Assembly: GCA_913045445.1 (NCBI GenBank)
Contig: CAJWQP010000003.1
Coordinates: forward strand, 6,860 to 70,859
Reading direction: 5' to 3'
Length of the DNA: 64,000 nucleotides
Source of the DNA: an uncultured Nitrospina sp.
GTDB taxonomy: Bacteria > Nitrospinota > Nitrospinia > Nitrospinales > VA-1
In this document: one piece after another, positions 10,914 to 19,363 of the stretch
How the letters are laid out: each line of letters opens with the position of its first letter
How positions within the stretch are numbered: the first letter of the stretch is position 1
The notes under the pieces: generated by a model
The model's database searches: none
Told to the model about the DNA's origin: nothing
The model's input: the letters and a program-made list of their open reading frames with translations, nothing else
Program-made: the position numbers and the translations under genes

Positions 10914-11387
10914 TTAAGCGAGCGAATCGAGAATCTTATCGATCTTCGCTGTCGTTAAGTTTTCGTGAAATACATCATTGACCCGCATCATCGGTCCGCC
11001 GGAACAAGCCGCCAGACATTCCTCACGATGCAGTGTGAATTTTTTATCCTTCGTTGTGCCGCCCACATCAATACCCAGTTTTTTGGATGTGTACGCGAGC
11101 AGGTCATCCGCCCCATTGAGCTGACAACTGATGTTGTGGCAGAACAATATAATGTACTTACCCGTTGGATGGGTGTGGTACATCGTATAAAACGACATGA
11201 CCGACTGAACATAAGCCGGCGACAGCTCCAGCTTTCCCCCGATAGCCTTCATCGCTTCGGGGCTTATGTACCCATCGCGACGCTGTACCAGAGTCAGCAA
11301 AGGCAACAAGGCCGACCGCTTGACCGGGTACTTGCCGACAATTTTTTCGATTTGCTTTTCGTCTTCTGGAGTAAACGTAAACATCAA
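10914..11387 (-). CDS. nuoE: NADH-quinone oxidoreductase subunit E
   Basis: Thioredoxin-like 2Fe-2S subunit pattern (CHNISCQ ... CLAACSGGPMM). The start overlaps the nuoD stop by 4 nt. Confidence 0.9.
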   Translation of the reverse strand: MMFTFTPEDEKQIEKIVGKYPVKRSALLPLLTLVQRRDGYISPEAMKAIGGKLELSPAYVQSVMSFYTMYHTHPTGKYIILFCHNISCQLNGADDLLAYTSKKLGIDVGGTTKDKKFTLHREECLAACSGGPMMRVNDVFHENLTTAKIDKILDSLA

Positions 11388-12583
11388 CGGTCAACCTCTC
11401 CCATAACAATGTCTATACTTCCTATAATGCCCACCACATCGGCAATGAAACACCCTTCCATCATCGCGCACATACCAGGGATCGCCATGAATGATGGAGC
11501 ACGCAATTTCACGCGACTCGGTACATTGCTCCCATCGCTGATAATGTAAAATCCAACTTCGCCACGCGGCCCTTCCACTGGAACATAGGTCTCGCCCTTC
11601 GGCACGGAGACCCCTTCGGACACCAGTTTGAAGTGATGAATCAACGCCTCCATGCTCGACTTGAGTGTGTTGCGATTCGGCAAAGATATCTTGCTATCCT
11701 CTACCTTATAAGGCCCGGTCGGAAGATTCTTCAAAGCCTGCTCAACAATCTTGCAACTTTCCCGCAACTCGGCAACACGCACCAGATAACGGTCATAAAT
11801 ATCTCCGTTTTTCCCAAGCGGTACTTCAAAGTCAAAGTTTTCGTATCCCGAGTAAGGCCTCTGCTTTCGCAGATCAAAGTTGGCACCCGAGGCTCGCAGA
11901 ACCGGACCACTCATGCTCCAGTTGATCGCATCTTCACGACTCATCACTCCAATGCCCTGGGTACGGTCGATCCAGATTGGGTTGTTTGTCAGCAGTCGTT
12001 CGTATTCGTCAATCTTCGCGGGGAGGTAATCGATGAACTTGCGTACACCCCGCAACCAGCCGGGAGTCGCGTCTTTCGCGACACCACCCAGGCGGATGTA
12101 ACTCGTCATCATACGCACGCCGGAAATTTCTTCATTGAGGTCAAGAATCATCTCCCGCTCGCGCCAGCAATAAAGAAACACCGTCATCGCGCCGATGTCC
12201 AGCGCATGTGTTGCCAGCCAAACCAGATGACTCGCCATGCGTGCCAGCTCGCACATGATGACCCTGAGATAGTTCGCGCGTTCGGGTATTTCTGTTTGCA
12301 GAAGTTTTTCTGTCGTCAGGCAGAAAGCAAGGTTGTTGCTCGGCGGACTCAAATAGTCCAGTCGGTCGGTCATGGGAATAACGTGAACGTAACGTTTCGC
12401 CTCGGCAGTTTTTTCGATGCCCGTGTGCAGAAACCCGATATGCGGTTCCGTTGCGTCTACCACTTCGCCGTCCATTTCCAGAACAACACGAAACACTCCG
12501 TGCGTACTCGGATGTTGCGGACCCATGTTAAGGGTCATCGAATCCTTTTCGCGTTCCAGCAATCCTTGTTCGGTGACGCTCAT
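11384..12583 (-). CDS. nuoD: NADH-quinone oxidoreductase subunit D
   Basis: 399 aa with 49-kDa subunit motifs (NMGPQHPSTHGVFR, C-terminal GEVDR). Confidence 0.92.
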   Translation of the reverse strand: MSVTEQGLLEREKDSMTLNMGPQHPSTHGVFRVVLEMDGEVVDATEPHIGFLHTGIEKTAEAKRYVHVIPMTDRLDYLSPPSNNLAFCLTTEKLLQTEIPERANYLRVIMCELARMASHLVWLATHALDIGAMTVFLYCWREREMILDLNEEISGVRMMTSYIRLGGVAKDATPGWLRGVRKFIDYLPAKIDEYERLLTNNPIWIDRTQGIGVMSREDAINWSMSGPVLRASGANFDLRKQRPYSGYENFDFEVPLGKNGDIYDRYLVRVAELRESCKIVEQALKNLPTGPYKVEDSKISLPNRNTLKSSMEALIHHFKLVSEGVSVPKGETYVPVEGPRGEVGFYIISDGSNVPSRVKLRAPSFMAIPGMCAMMEGCFIADVVGIIGSIDIVMGEVDR

Positions 12584-12596
12584 TCCTGTTCCTTAA

Positions 12597-13127
12597 TTAT
12601 CTGGTTGGCGGTTTCGTCTTCACCAGATCCTGCTTAAAATCCCGGTTATGCGAAAACGCAATATCTTCTGTTGTCAGCGGGTAATCCTTCAGCAAAGGAT
12701 GCCCACCCCACTCGTCCGGCATGATCAACCGACTGAGGTTTGGGTGCCCCATTATTTTGAATCCGAACATGTCAAACAACTCACGTTCTGGATAAAGCGC
12801 ACCCCTCCATAAATCCGACACCGTTGGAATGGTCGGGTCCTCTTCCTCCAATCCAACTCTCATGCGGATGGAGTGATTCTTATCTATGGAATGAAATTCG
12901 TAAACCACCTCGAAGCGCGGGTCCCGGTCCTCATTGAGATAATCTGCTCCAGTGATGTGCGAAAGGTAATCGAAATTCAGGTCGGCGTCCATCTTGAGAT
13001 ATCCCGCGACCTTATGGAGCGCAGCCGGTGCGACAAAAATAACCGCATCGCCAAGGTTCACCTCGGCAGACTGGATGTCCTCTCCCTGATCTGACTTGAC
13101 CTTCTCGATAATTTCTTCGCTCGTCAT
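12597..13127 (-). CDS. nuoC: NADH-quinone oxidoreductase subunit C
   Basis: I moved the start to ATG 13127 ([10 protein letters not shown]), which overlaps the nuoB stop as ATGA. The tracked 209-aa ORF has an implausible extension inside nuoB. Confidence 0.85.
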   Translation of the reverse strand: MTSEEIIEKVKSDQGEDIQSAEVNLGDAVIFVAPAALHKVAGYLKMDADLNFDYLSHITGADYLNEDRDPRFEVVYEFHSIDKNHSIRMRVGLEEEDPTIPTVSDLWRGALYPERELFDMFGFKIMGHPNLSRLIMPDEWGGHPLLKDYPLTTEDIAFSHNRDFKQDLVKTKPPTR

Positions 13128-13729
13128 GCCACCCTCTTGGCGGCTTGCTTCGTTCCCGCTTCGTTCATTATCTTTTCCTGAAGTTTGATGACGCCATACA
13201 AGAGAGCTTCCGGACCTGGCGGGCACCCCGGGACATACACATCAACCGGCACCACACGGTCGACACCCTGCACAATCGCGTAGTTGTTGAACACTCCGCC
13301 ACAGGAAGCACAGGCACCCATCGAAATAACCCATTTCGGTTCCGGCATCTGATCGTAGATCGTTTTCAAAATCGGAGCCATCTTCTGCGACACACGACCC
13401 GAAACGATCATCAGGTCCGCCTGCCTTGGCGAAGCGCGAAAGACCTCCGCCCCGAAACGAGCGGCATCCCAGCGCGAGTTGGCCATCGCCATCATCTCGA
13501 TAGCACAGCAAGCCAGACCAAACGTTGCCGGCCATAAAGCATTTTTCTGTGCCCAGCCGATCACCTTGCCCACCTTCGTCGTTAAAATACTGTCATAGAC
13601 CGCGCCGGAAAGCTCGTAGTCCGCCTGATCAATAATATCCTTTACATTTTCCTGAACGTCATTGACCTTCATTTCAACTAGGTCGACGGCTTGATCAATC
13701 AATCCCATTCCAAACCTCCCCGTCCCCAA
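13124..13729 (-). CDS. nuoB: NADH-quinone oxidoreductase subunit B
   Basis: [10 protein letters not shown] and GACASCGG ... VPGCPP cysteine motifs of the N2 cluster subunit. The alternative start at 13708 (MGLIDQ) is possible. Confidence 0.9.
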   Translation of the reverse strand: MGTGRFGMGLIDQAVDLVEMKVNDVQENVKDIIDQADYELSGAVYDSILTTKVGKVIGWAQKNALWPATFGLACCAIEMMAMANSRWDAARFGAEVFRASPRQADLMIVSGRVSQKMAPILKTIYDQMPEPKWVISMGACASCGGVFNNYAIVQGVDRVVPVDVYVPGCPPGPEALLYGVIKLQEKIMNEAGTKQAAKRVA

Positions 13730-14052
13730 ATGTAGACGTAAGCAATCCCAAGAATAAAAATGAATACCAGCATCTCGATCAACCCGAACAACTTAAGCTC
13801 ACCCAACGACACTGCCCACGGGTACATAAACACCACCTCGATGTCGAAAATGATGAACAACATCGCTATCGTAGCGAAACGGACCGGGTAACGACCCTTC
13901 GCCTCTTCCTTGGGAACGATGCCGCACTCGTAAGGTAATTGTTTGGTGGGATTGGTATTGCGCGGACCAAGCACGGTGGACAAGGCAAGCAGAGCGCCTA
14001 CCAACACCAGCGCGAACACCGCGACAAGAGCTATGAAGAAATATTCCTGCAT
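13699..14052 (-). CDS. nuoA: NADH-quinone oxidoreductase subunit A
   Basis: Small 3-TM protein (YECGI...[12 protein letters not shown]). I took the start as ATG 14052 (MQEYFF). The ORF remains open up to ATG 14100, so the start is uncertain. Confidence 0.85.
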   Translation of the reverse strand: MQEYFFIALVAVFALVLVGALLALSTVLGPRNTNPTKQLPYECGIVPKEEAKGRYPVRFATIAMLFIIFDIEVVFMYPWAVSLGELKLFGLIEMLVFIFILGIAYVYIWGRGGLEWD

Positions 14053-14130
14053 GAAAGACCCGACGCAGACCGAGGCACAGGCAGGCCCCCGGTGGATCAT
14101 AGCGATCCAGAATGCTGAAAAAATAGCACT

Positions 14131-14158
14131 AAAAAACCCCCCGGAAAGTGCCGGGAAG
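14131..14158 (-). terminator. Terminator-like leader hairpin plus U6 between the nuo promoter and nuoA (possible attenuator or 5' stabiliser)
   Basis: The minus strand reads CUUCCCGG-CACUUU-CCGGGGGG followed directly by UUUUUU. This is an 8-bp stem including 2 G.U pairs, and those two pairs become C.A mismatches on the plus strand, so the element is strand-specific. Confidence 0.45.
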
Positions 14159-14172
14159 TCGTTGAATTGGCG

Positions 14173-14200
14173 ATTATATCAGCCTTCCCTAACCTGTCAA
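14173..14200 (-). promoter_or_regulatory. Sigma-70 consensus promoter upstream of nuoA
   Basis: The minus strand reads TTGACA (14200-14195), a 16-nt spacer, then TATAAT (14178-14173). Both hexamers match the consensus perfectly. Confidence 0.6.
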
Positions 14201-14433
14201 TAACAACCTTGCCCCGGCAAACCACACATACCAGAACACCCTCTCCACAAGAGGAAATCCATTTAAATAACAATGGTTAGCCCCCAGGAACCACCGATGG
14301 ACACAGATACCTGCCCTGAACACCAGTGCAGGGAACACGGATGAGGGCAAAGGATTTTAATCCTGTAATCCTGTCAGAACCAAATGCTTCGACAGGCTCA
14401 GCATGACAGCGGGGTCCCGGTTGGGGGCATTAG

Positions 14434-14485
14434 GGTTATTCTCCATACTCCAAATGCAATCTGTAAGATGAGGCTGGTGAGATTT
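14434..14485 (-). pseudogene. Degenerate relic of the 3' end of a paralogue of the 14583-15923 gene
   Basis: The relic translates as LTSLILQIAFGVWRI-stop, against the live gene end LTGLIYRLHLEYRE-stop. The two share GGTTATT across the stop codon and GATGAGGC.GGTGAG. The copies lie 147 bp apart in the same orientation. Confidence 0.55.
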
Positions 14486-14582
14486 GTCCCTCTACGAGGA
14501 CCTAGGAGCTTCAGGGGGTGCTTTATACCTGACCCTGCGGTCAGGCACCAGTCCCAGTAAGATCTGACGAACAGGGACTAGG

Positions 14583-15923
14583 TTATTCGCGGTATTCCAG
14601 GTGTAACCTGTAGATGAGGCCGGTGAGGTTTTCTTCGGGGGATTTGGCATCGGGTTTGGCGAAGCTCATGAGTTCGAACTGCATGGTATTTTCACCGCTT
14701 TTTAAATATTTCTCTACATCTATAATAAACGGTTCGGGATAACTCGCGCCGCCGTATTCCTGATTCAGTCCGACATCGTTGATGGTGATTCTGCATTCAT
14801 CATCAGCCCGCAAAAACAGATCGGCCCGCACGATGCAGTCTCCCTGGCAATTGATCGGCAAATCAAACTTAACCCGGAATCGGTTCTTGGTCCCTGTCTT
14901 GGCTTCTTCGAGCGATAATTCCTCACGCGCCCAGATCCATTGTGCGCCCTTGATGCTCCGCCAATCCGCATTCATTTTACAGATGGACGCTTCCTGCCAA
15001 ACTTCGGTCTCCTGGTTGAAGTAGTCGGTTTCGGGTCCGCTGGTGGCCATGAGCGCTTTGGTTTTAGTACCGAACAAATCTTCGGTAAGCATGTTGAAGG
15101 GTTTGCTTTCCTGCCACATGATGTCGCCCATCTCCCGCCAGTATTCGTAGATGCCGTCTTTCTTGTTGACGACAAGCATGCTCGGTCGCGGTGTGGTGCG
15201 CCCGAGGTAGGGTCCGATATCCGCCACGATGACCCCCTTGGCGCTTCCTTCATCGAGACAAATGAATGAGTGCGATGGGATGAGGTCGTAGGTGTGCACT
15301 GTGAGTTTGCCGCGGTCGGGATAACCGGGTTCGTTTTCGATCTCGTGTGCCACTTTCTGCAACAGCATGAGTGATGTGCGTATCTCGTTGAGGAAGGTCG
15401 CCTTGCCTGTCCCCTGCCGGGTGATGATCTCGACCACATACGCGCTTGGGTTCATGAGCAGTAGACGCACATTGGTTCCGTTCAAGATTTTTTTCTTGAG
15501 CAGTTCGGCGCTGGAAGTGGCAATGGAAAGCAGGGACGACCCACCGATGAACAGTTCCTTATCCGCTTGCTTGAACAGGCTCTCGAAGGACATGGACTGC
15601 CCGAGTTCGGATCGGTTTTTATATATGCCTTCTATGCCCAGTCGCACGGCATCGGGATTAACAATTTCCTGGAGTGCTGATTTGTATTCGCCGAAGGTCA
15701 GTTCGCGCAGGAACAGTTCGTAACCCAGCGACACCACGCCGATGAGTGACATCAGGAGCGCAAACTCTTTGATGGGGTGAAGCCATTCGCTGTGCGGGTC
15801 CATATATTTTCCCGCACCAATATAGACGGCTCCACCAACGAAAAATATGATGACGGCGAGAAATAAAATACGGTCTCGCACCCAGACCTTTACTGAAAGG
15901 CCCTCTGTGTTTGATTGTGACAT
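14583..15923 (-). CDS. Membrane protein of unknown function (2 TM, alpha/beta middle domain, C-terminal beta-sandwich-like domain)
   Basis: Two N-terminal hydrophobic helices. The middle region (LFIGGSSLL...VRLLLMNPSA) recalls DUF5919/PLD-like folds but has no HKD motif. The C-terminal region (AQWIWAREE...) looks like a carbohydrate-binding or galactose-binding type domain. Confidence 0.7.
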   Translation of the reverse strand: MSQSNTEGLSVKVWVRDRILFLAVIIFFVGGAVYIGAGKYMDPHSEWLHPIKEFALLMSLIGVVSLGYELFLRELTFGEYKSALQEIVNPDAVRLGIEGIYKNRSELGQSMSFESLFKQADKELFIGGSSLLSIATSSAELLKKKILNGTNVRLLLMNPSAYVVEIITRQGTGKATFLNEIRTSLMLLQKVAHEIENEPGYPDRGKLTVHTYDLIPSHSFICLDEGSAKGVIVADIGPYLGRTTPRPSMLVVNKKDGIYEYWREMGDIMWQESKPFNMLTEDLFGTKTKALMATSGPETDYFNQETEVWQEASICKMNADWRSIKGAQWIWAREELSLEEAKTGTKNRFRVKFDLPINCQGDCIVRADLFLRADDECRITINDVGLNQEYGGASYPEPFIIDVEKYLKSGENTMQFELMSFAKPDAKSPEENLTGLIYRLHLEYRE

Positions 15924-16053
15924 TTGTTGAAAATTTAGGGGTTAAAAAACGGCTAACGAATTGATCTTACAGGAATTCCGTTAGATTCACAATTGGGAAA
16001 TGTTTAGGGATTAAATCTCCCTAACCCCCTTTGAAAAGGAGGAGCCTGATCAT

Positions 16054-18351
16054 TCAACTCAATCCTGACTTGCGCCGGGTGAACCAGTCGAGAAAAAGGA
16101 ATGTGAGGATCAACCCATAAGTCCACCAGTTGTCCCAGAGGGAAATGCTTTTACTGTGGGTCTTCACTTCTACTTTTGGGTTGGGAAATTTGATAGCGGA
16201 AAGGTCTGTCTTCTCCGTCAGTACTTCATACCTTCCGCCGGAGACTTCGGCGATTCTCTTCAGCAGGGTTTCGTTGACTTTGGGTTTCTGGAATTCTGCG
16301 GTTTCGCTGAACACTGAGAATCCAACATCAGCCTCGCGTTTATCGCCGTCCACATCGACTTTAACTTTGACGGTGTAGAATCCTTCCCGTTGCGGTGTCC
16401 ACTGATGTGCGGCTTCTCCGTTGTTGTCTGTTTTAATAGTTTCGGTGATCTCTTCGCCCTCACGGGATTTTATAGTCAGATTCACTTCTATCCCGATGGA
16501 CGGGTTATAATCTTCCTGCAAAACGCGAATACGCAGAAGCGTGTCTTCTCCTTCTTCGTAACGTTCTTTATCCGTTTCGAGTTGCAAGAGCCGGGTTGCC
16601 GGATCGTCGGTCAACCAGGCGATGAGGTTATTCCAGAGTTTATAGTAGTGGCGTCCGCTTCCCCCTTCACCGACCCGGCGAAAGTTCCAGTTCCATGCGG
16701 AGTCGGTTGCCATCACTATGCTCCTGCCTTCGCCAACCCGCCCGGCGACCAGCACGGGATAGTTTTTATTTCCTTTATCAAACTCTGCCAGAACATGCGC
16801 GTTCTTGCGCGGCTTGAGTCCGGCATTGACTCCGTTCAGTTCCGGCAGGTCCTGCCATGCTTTGGCATTGGCAGACGATTCTTTTTCCAATTGCAGTATG
16901 GGGTGCCGCAGGAGACTCTTCCCCCGTTGCAGGTGAAACGATTCGCCAATAAAAGGTTGCGAGGTGCGTTCCAGTTGAACGGGCAAAATTGCCTCAATCG
17001 CGGTACGCTCGTATCCGCCGCCCTGAAACGACAACTCGCCGCCAACCATCATGAACGCGCCGCCTTGTTTCACATAGTTATTTATATTGCGCAGGTACTT
17101 CTTGTCGATGAACGGTTCGTAACTGAAATTCTGGAACACGATGAGGTCGAACGAGTTGAGGTAATCGCTGAACAACAAATTCGTTGGAAACGGAATGAGG
17201 CTTAACTCGGAGGTGGGCGAAGCGACATCATCGCCCATCGTCCGCAAGATGAAAAAGGATAGCAGGTCTACCTTCGGATGGTTCGCCAACACTTCGCGCA
17301 GAAAACGGGAGTCCCATGCGGGGCGTCCGTTCAGATGCAGGACGCGGATGCGGTCACGGATGACTTTCACTTGAAAGTCGCGCCGATTATTAGTCGCGAC
17401 CGACTCGCCGGCAAAATGCGGAACGGTGAGGGTATAAATGCGTTTACCCAATGCACCGGGTGTGAATTCCATTTCCACGGGATATTGATTTTGTCCTTCG
17501 CGCACTTCAACGATGCGGGAAAGCAGTATCGTATCGCCTTCCTTGAGCACCAGCGGTATGTTCTTGTTGCCCATATTCGATGCGCTGATGGTGACGGTCA
17601 ATCGCACGGGCTGATGGATGAAACCAAAGTCGGCTGAGTCCAGTTCCTCAATGGCCAGGTCCATAAACATCTCATTGCTCCCAGCCTGAAAGGTGTGGAC
17701 CGGACCTTCCCAATCCGCCAGCAGAGCCAACATTTCTGGAGAAACTGTTTCCGGTTCCATCGCCAGGTCAGCTCCATCTGAAAACAACATGACGCCCTGA
17801 AGGGATTTTCCTTCATAACGCTTGCGCAACTGGGAAAAGGTATTCTCCAGATCGGTGACAGCTTTTTTAGGCCGGTAACGGTTCCCCAATTCGGCATGAG
17901 ACGTTGGATTGATCTGGCTGGACGCAAAATAATAATCCACCTGAAATTTTTCCTTCAAGGACTCCAGCATGTTCCGGTTTTTCTCAAAGGTCCGACGCAC
18001 AAATTCGATGCGGGGTGTTTCCGAGGGAAATGTTTTTATCGACATGCTCTTGGTGTCATCCAGCAGAACAGCGATACTGTTTTTCAGAGTGTGGCTTTTT
18101 TTGAATTCCAGTTCGGGTTTCAACAGCATGAACACCAACACAGCAAAAGTGAGCGCACGTAATGCGATAAGAAATATTTTGCGGATGGGCGATTGTATTC
18201 TCTTCAGACTAGTCCAGAAAAACCACAAGGCGAGTGGTGCCACAACCAGCGCGAGTATCCACACCAGTGACAGGTCCTTCGCCACCATGTTCATAGCAAC
18301 CTCGTTAAACTGATCGGGGTCCAACCCGAACCATTCAATGAGAATATTCAT
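16054..18351 (-). CDS. BatA-like membrane protein (N-terminal double-TM, vWA-like segment, GATase1-like domain)
   Basis: N-terminal double-TM region, a DDTKS MIDAS-like motif, an RVLHLNGRPAWDSRFLREVL segment typical of amidotransferase-like membrane proteins, and a C-terminal TM helix. Confidence 0.7.
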   Translation of the reverse strand: MNILIEWFGLDPDQFNEVAMNMVAKDLSLVWILALVVAPLALWFFWTSLKRIQSPIRKIFLIALRALTFAVLVFMLLKPELEFKKSHTLKNSIAVLLDDTKSMSIKTFPSETPRIEFVRRTFEKNRNMLESLKEKFQVDYYFASSQINPTSHAELGNRYRPKKAVTDLENTFSQLRKRYEGKSLQGVMLFSDGADLAMEPETVSPEMLALLADWEGPVHTFQAGSNEMFMDLAIEELDSADFGFIHQPVRLTVTISASNMGNKNIPLVLKEGDTILLSRIVEVREGQNQYPVEMEFTPGALGKRIYTLTVPHFAGESVATNNRRDFQVKVIRDRIRVLHLNGRPAWDSRFLREVLANHPKVDLLSFFILRTMGDDVASPTSELSLIPFPTNLLFSDYLNSFDLIVFQNFSYEPFIDKKYLRNINNYVKQGGAFMMVGGELSFQGGGYERTAIEAILPVQLERTSQPFIGESFHLQRGKSLLRHPILQLEKESSANAKAWQDLPELNGVNAGLKPRKNAHVLAEFDKGNKNYPVLVAGRVGEGRSIVMATDSAWNWNFRRVGEGGSGRHYYKLWNNLIAWLTDDPATRLLQLETDKERYEEGEDTLLRIRVLQEDYNPSIGIEVNLTIKSREGEEITETIKTDNNGEAAHQWTPQREGFYTVKVKVDVDGDKREADVGFSVFSETAEFQKPKVNETLLKRIAEVSGGRYEVLTEKTDLSAIKFPNPKVEVKTHSKSISLWDNWWTYGLILTFLFLDWFTRRKSGLS

Positions 18352-19121
18352 CGCGAATGAGACCTTCTCAATCGTTCGAGAATGATGGGTAAGTGCACCA
18401 TGTCTTTTTTATAATCGAGCGTGAGCGCGTACATGATAATGTTCACGCCAAGTCTTATCGTGAGTTGCCTTTGTCTACTGCCCCCGCCGATGATGTCGTG
18501 GGACCATTGCCCCAGATTATCCCTTGCCCAAGCACCGCCAAAATCGTTTGTGGAATAAATGAGGACTGTTCGACCTTTGATTTTGATGCCTTCCATATAA
18601 GGATTGATCTGCTTGCGCCCCGTCACGCGATTGATCAGGTAAAAGGAACGAAAAATGGAATGGTCGCGGGAAATTTTCTGTAAGGGAATTTGCGGGAACA
18701 GTTGATTGATCATTTCGCGAACAGAGGTATCAAACTTTGAGTTGGCTTTGGCTGAATTGTCATCTATGAGGAGGAATCCGCCAAAGCTCAAATAATTGCG
18801 GAGTCGGTGCAACTCCTCCTGGGAGAAGGATTCAAATTTTTCATTCCCTGCCAGATAAATGAACGGATACCGATAGAGGTTGGGATCGGACAGTTTTATC
18901 TGAAGAGGTTCGCGGTTGACTTCGATAGATGTCCTGCGTGCGACCTGACCCAGCAAACTGCTTACGGCGGTCGGATGCGGATTAGGTTGCCCTCCTTGAT
19001 ACTTCACTTGCGGAATGGACAAGCTGGAGTAATCGGCATCAGACGCAGTGGGGAAAATCACTGAACCCAACAGGCTGACTATAAAAATTGCATTTGATAA
19101 GGTACGCATTGCCCCCCCCAC
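18348..19121 (-). CDS. DUF4159 domain protein (exported)
   Basis: Signal peptide and DUF4159-like motifs (YPFIYLAG, LRNYLSFGGFLLIDD, IYSTNDFGGAWARD). The stop overlaps the next start by 4 nt. Confidence 0.75.
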   Translation of the reverse strand: MGGAMRTLSNAIFIVSLLGSVIFPTASDADYSSLSIPQVKYQGGQPNPHPTAVSSLLGQVARRTSIEVNREPLQIKLSDPNLYRYPFIYLAGNEKFESFSQEELHRLRNYLSFGGFLLIDDNSAKANSKFDTSVREMINQLFPQIPLQKISRDHSIFRSFYLINRVTGRKQINPYMEGIKIKGRTVLIYSTNDFGGAWARDNLGQWSHDIIGGGSRQRQLTIRLGVNIIMYALTLDYKKDMVHLPIILERLRRSHSR

Positions 19122-19363
19122 CAGTGGGTTTTACTCCCTGTGGCTTATCATGTCTTTTAAAATAACTCCATAGTCAGGATACTCGCGATCGCTCGCTATG
19201 GAGTCGTTAACTGGAGTGTAAACGGGACGTGAGGTATTTTCAATCACCAACACCTGCTGTTTTCTGTACCGTGCTATAAAACTTTTGCCTCTGCCCCATG
19301 CTGTGGGGTAAACTGAAGATCGTTCCACACAATCAGGATATCCCCCATTTATCAGGAAACACT

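Noticed and set aside
11633-12637. 334-aa plus-strand ORF opposite nuoD
   Set aside because: It lies entirely antisense to a gene with unmistakable NuoD motifs. Its composition is rich in R, H, Q and low-complexity stretches, typical of a shadow ORF.
12597-13226. N-terminal extensions of tracked ORFs (nuoC 209 aa, nuoK 116 aa, lolD 262 aa, lysS 557 aa, 5-FCL 216 aa, lipoate ligase-like 299 aa, aminotransferase 388 aa)
   Set aside because: Each extension overlaps the preceding gene or lacks an SD. Internal starts give family-typical N-termini and ATGA-type coupling. I shortened the coordinates accordingly and note that the starts are not proven.
16390-17205. 271-aa plus-strand ORF inside the BatA-like gene, and similar antisense ORFs at 8759-9573, 1246-1906 and 49047-49700
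   Set aside because: All lie antisense to longer ORFs with family motifs, and none has a motif of its own.
19131-19328. 65-aa minus-strand ORF just upstream of the DUF4159 gene
   Set aside because: It has no motif. It sits in what is more simply the divergent promoter region between the DUF4159 and aminotransferase genes. I kept it only as a weak possibility.
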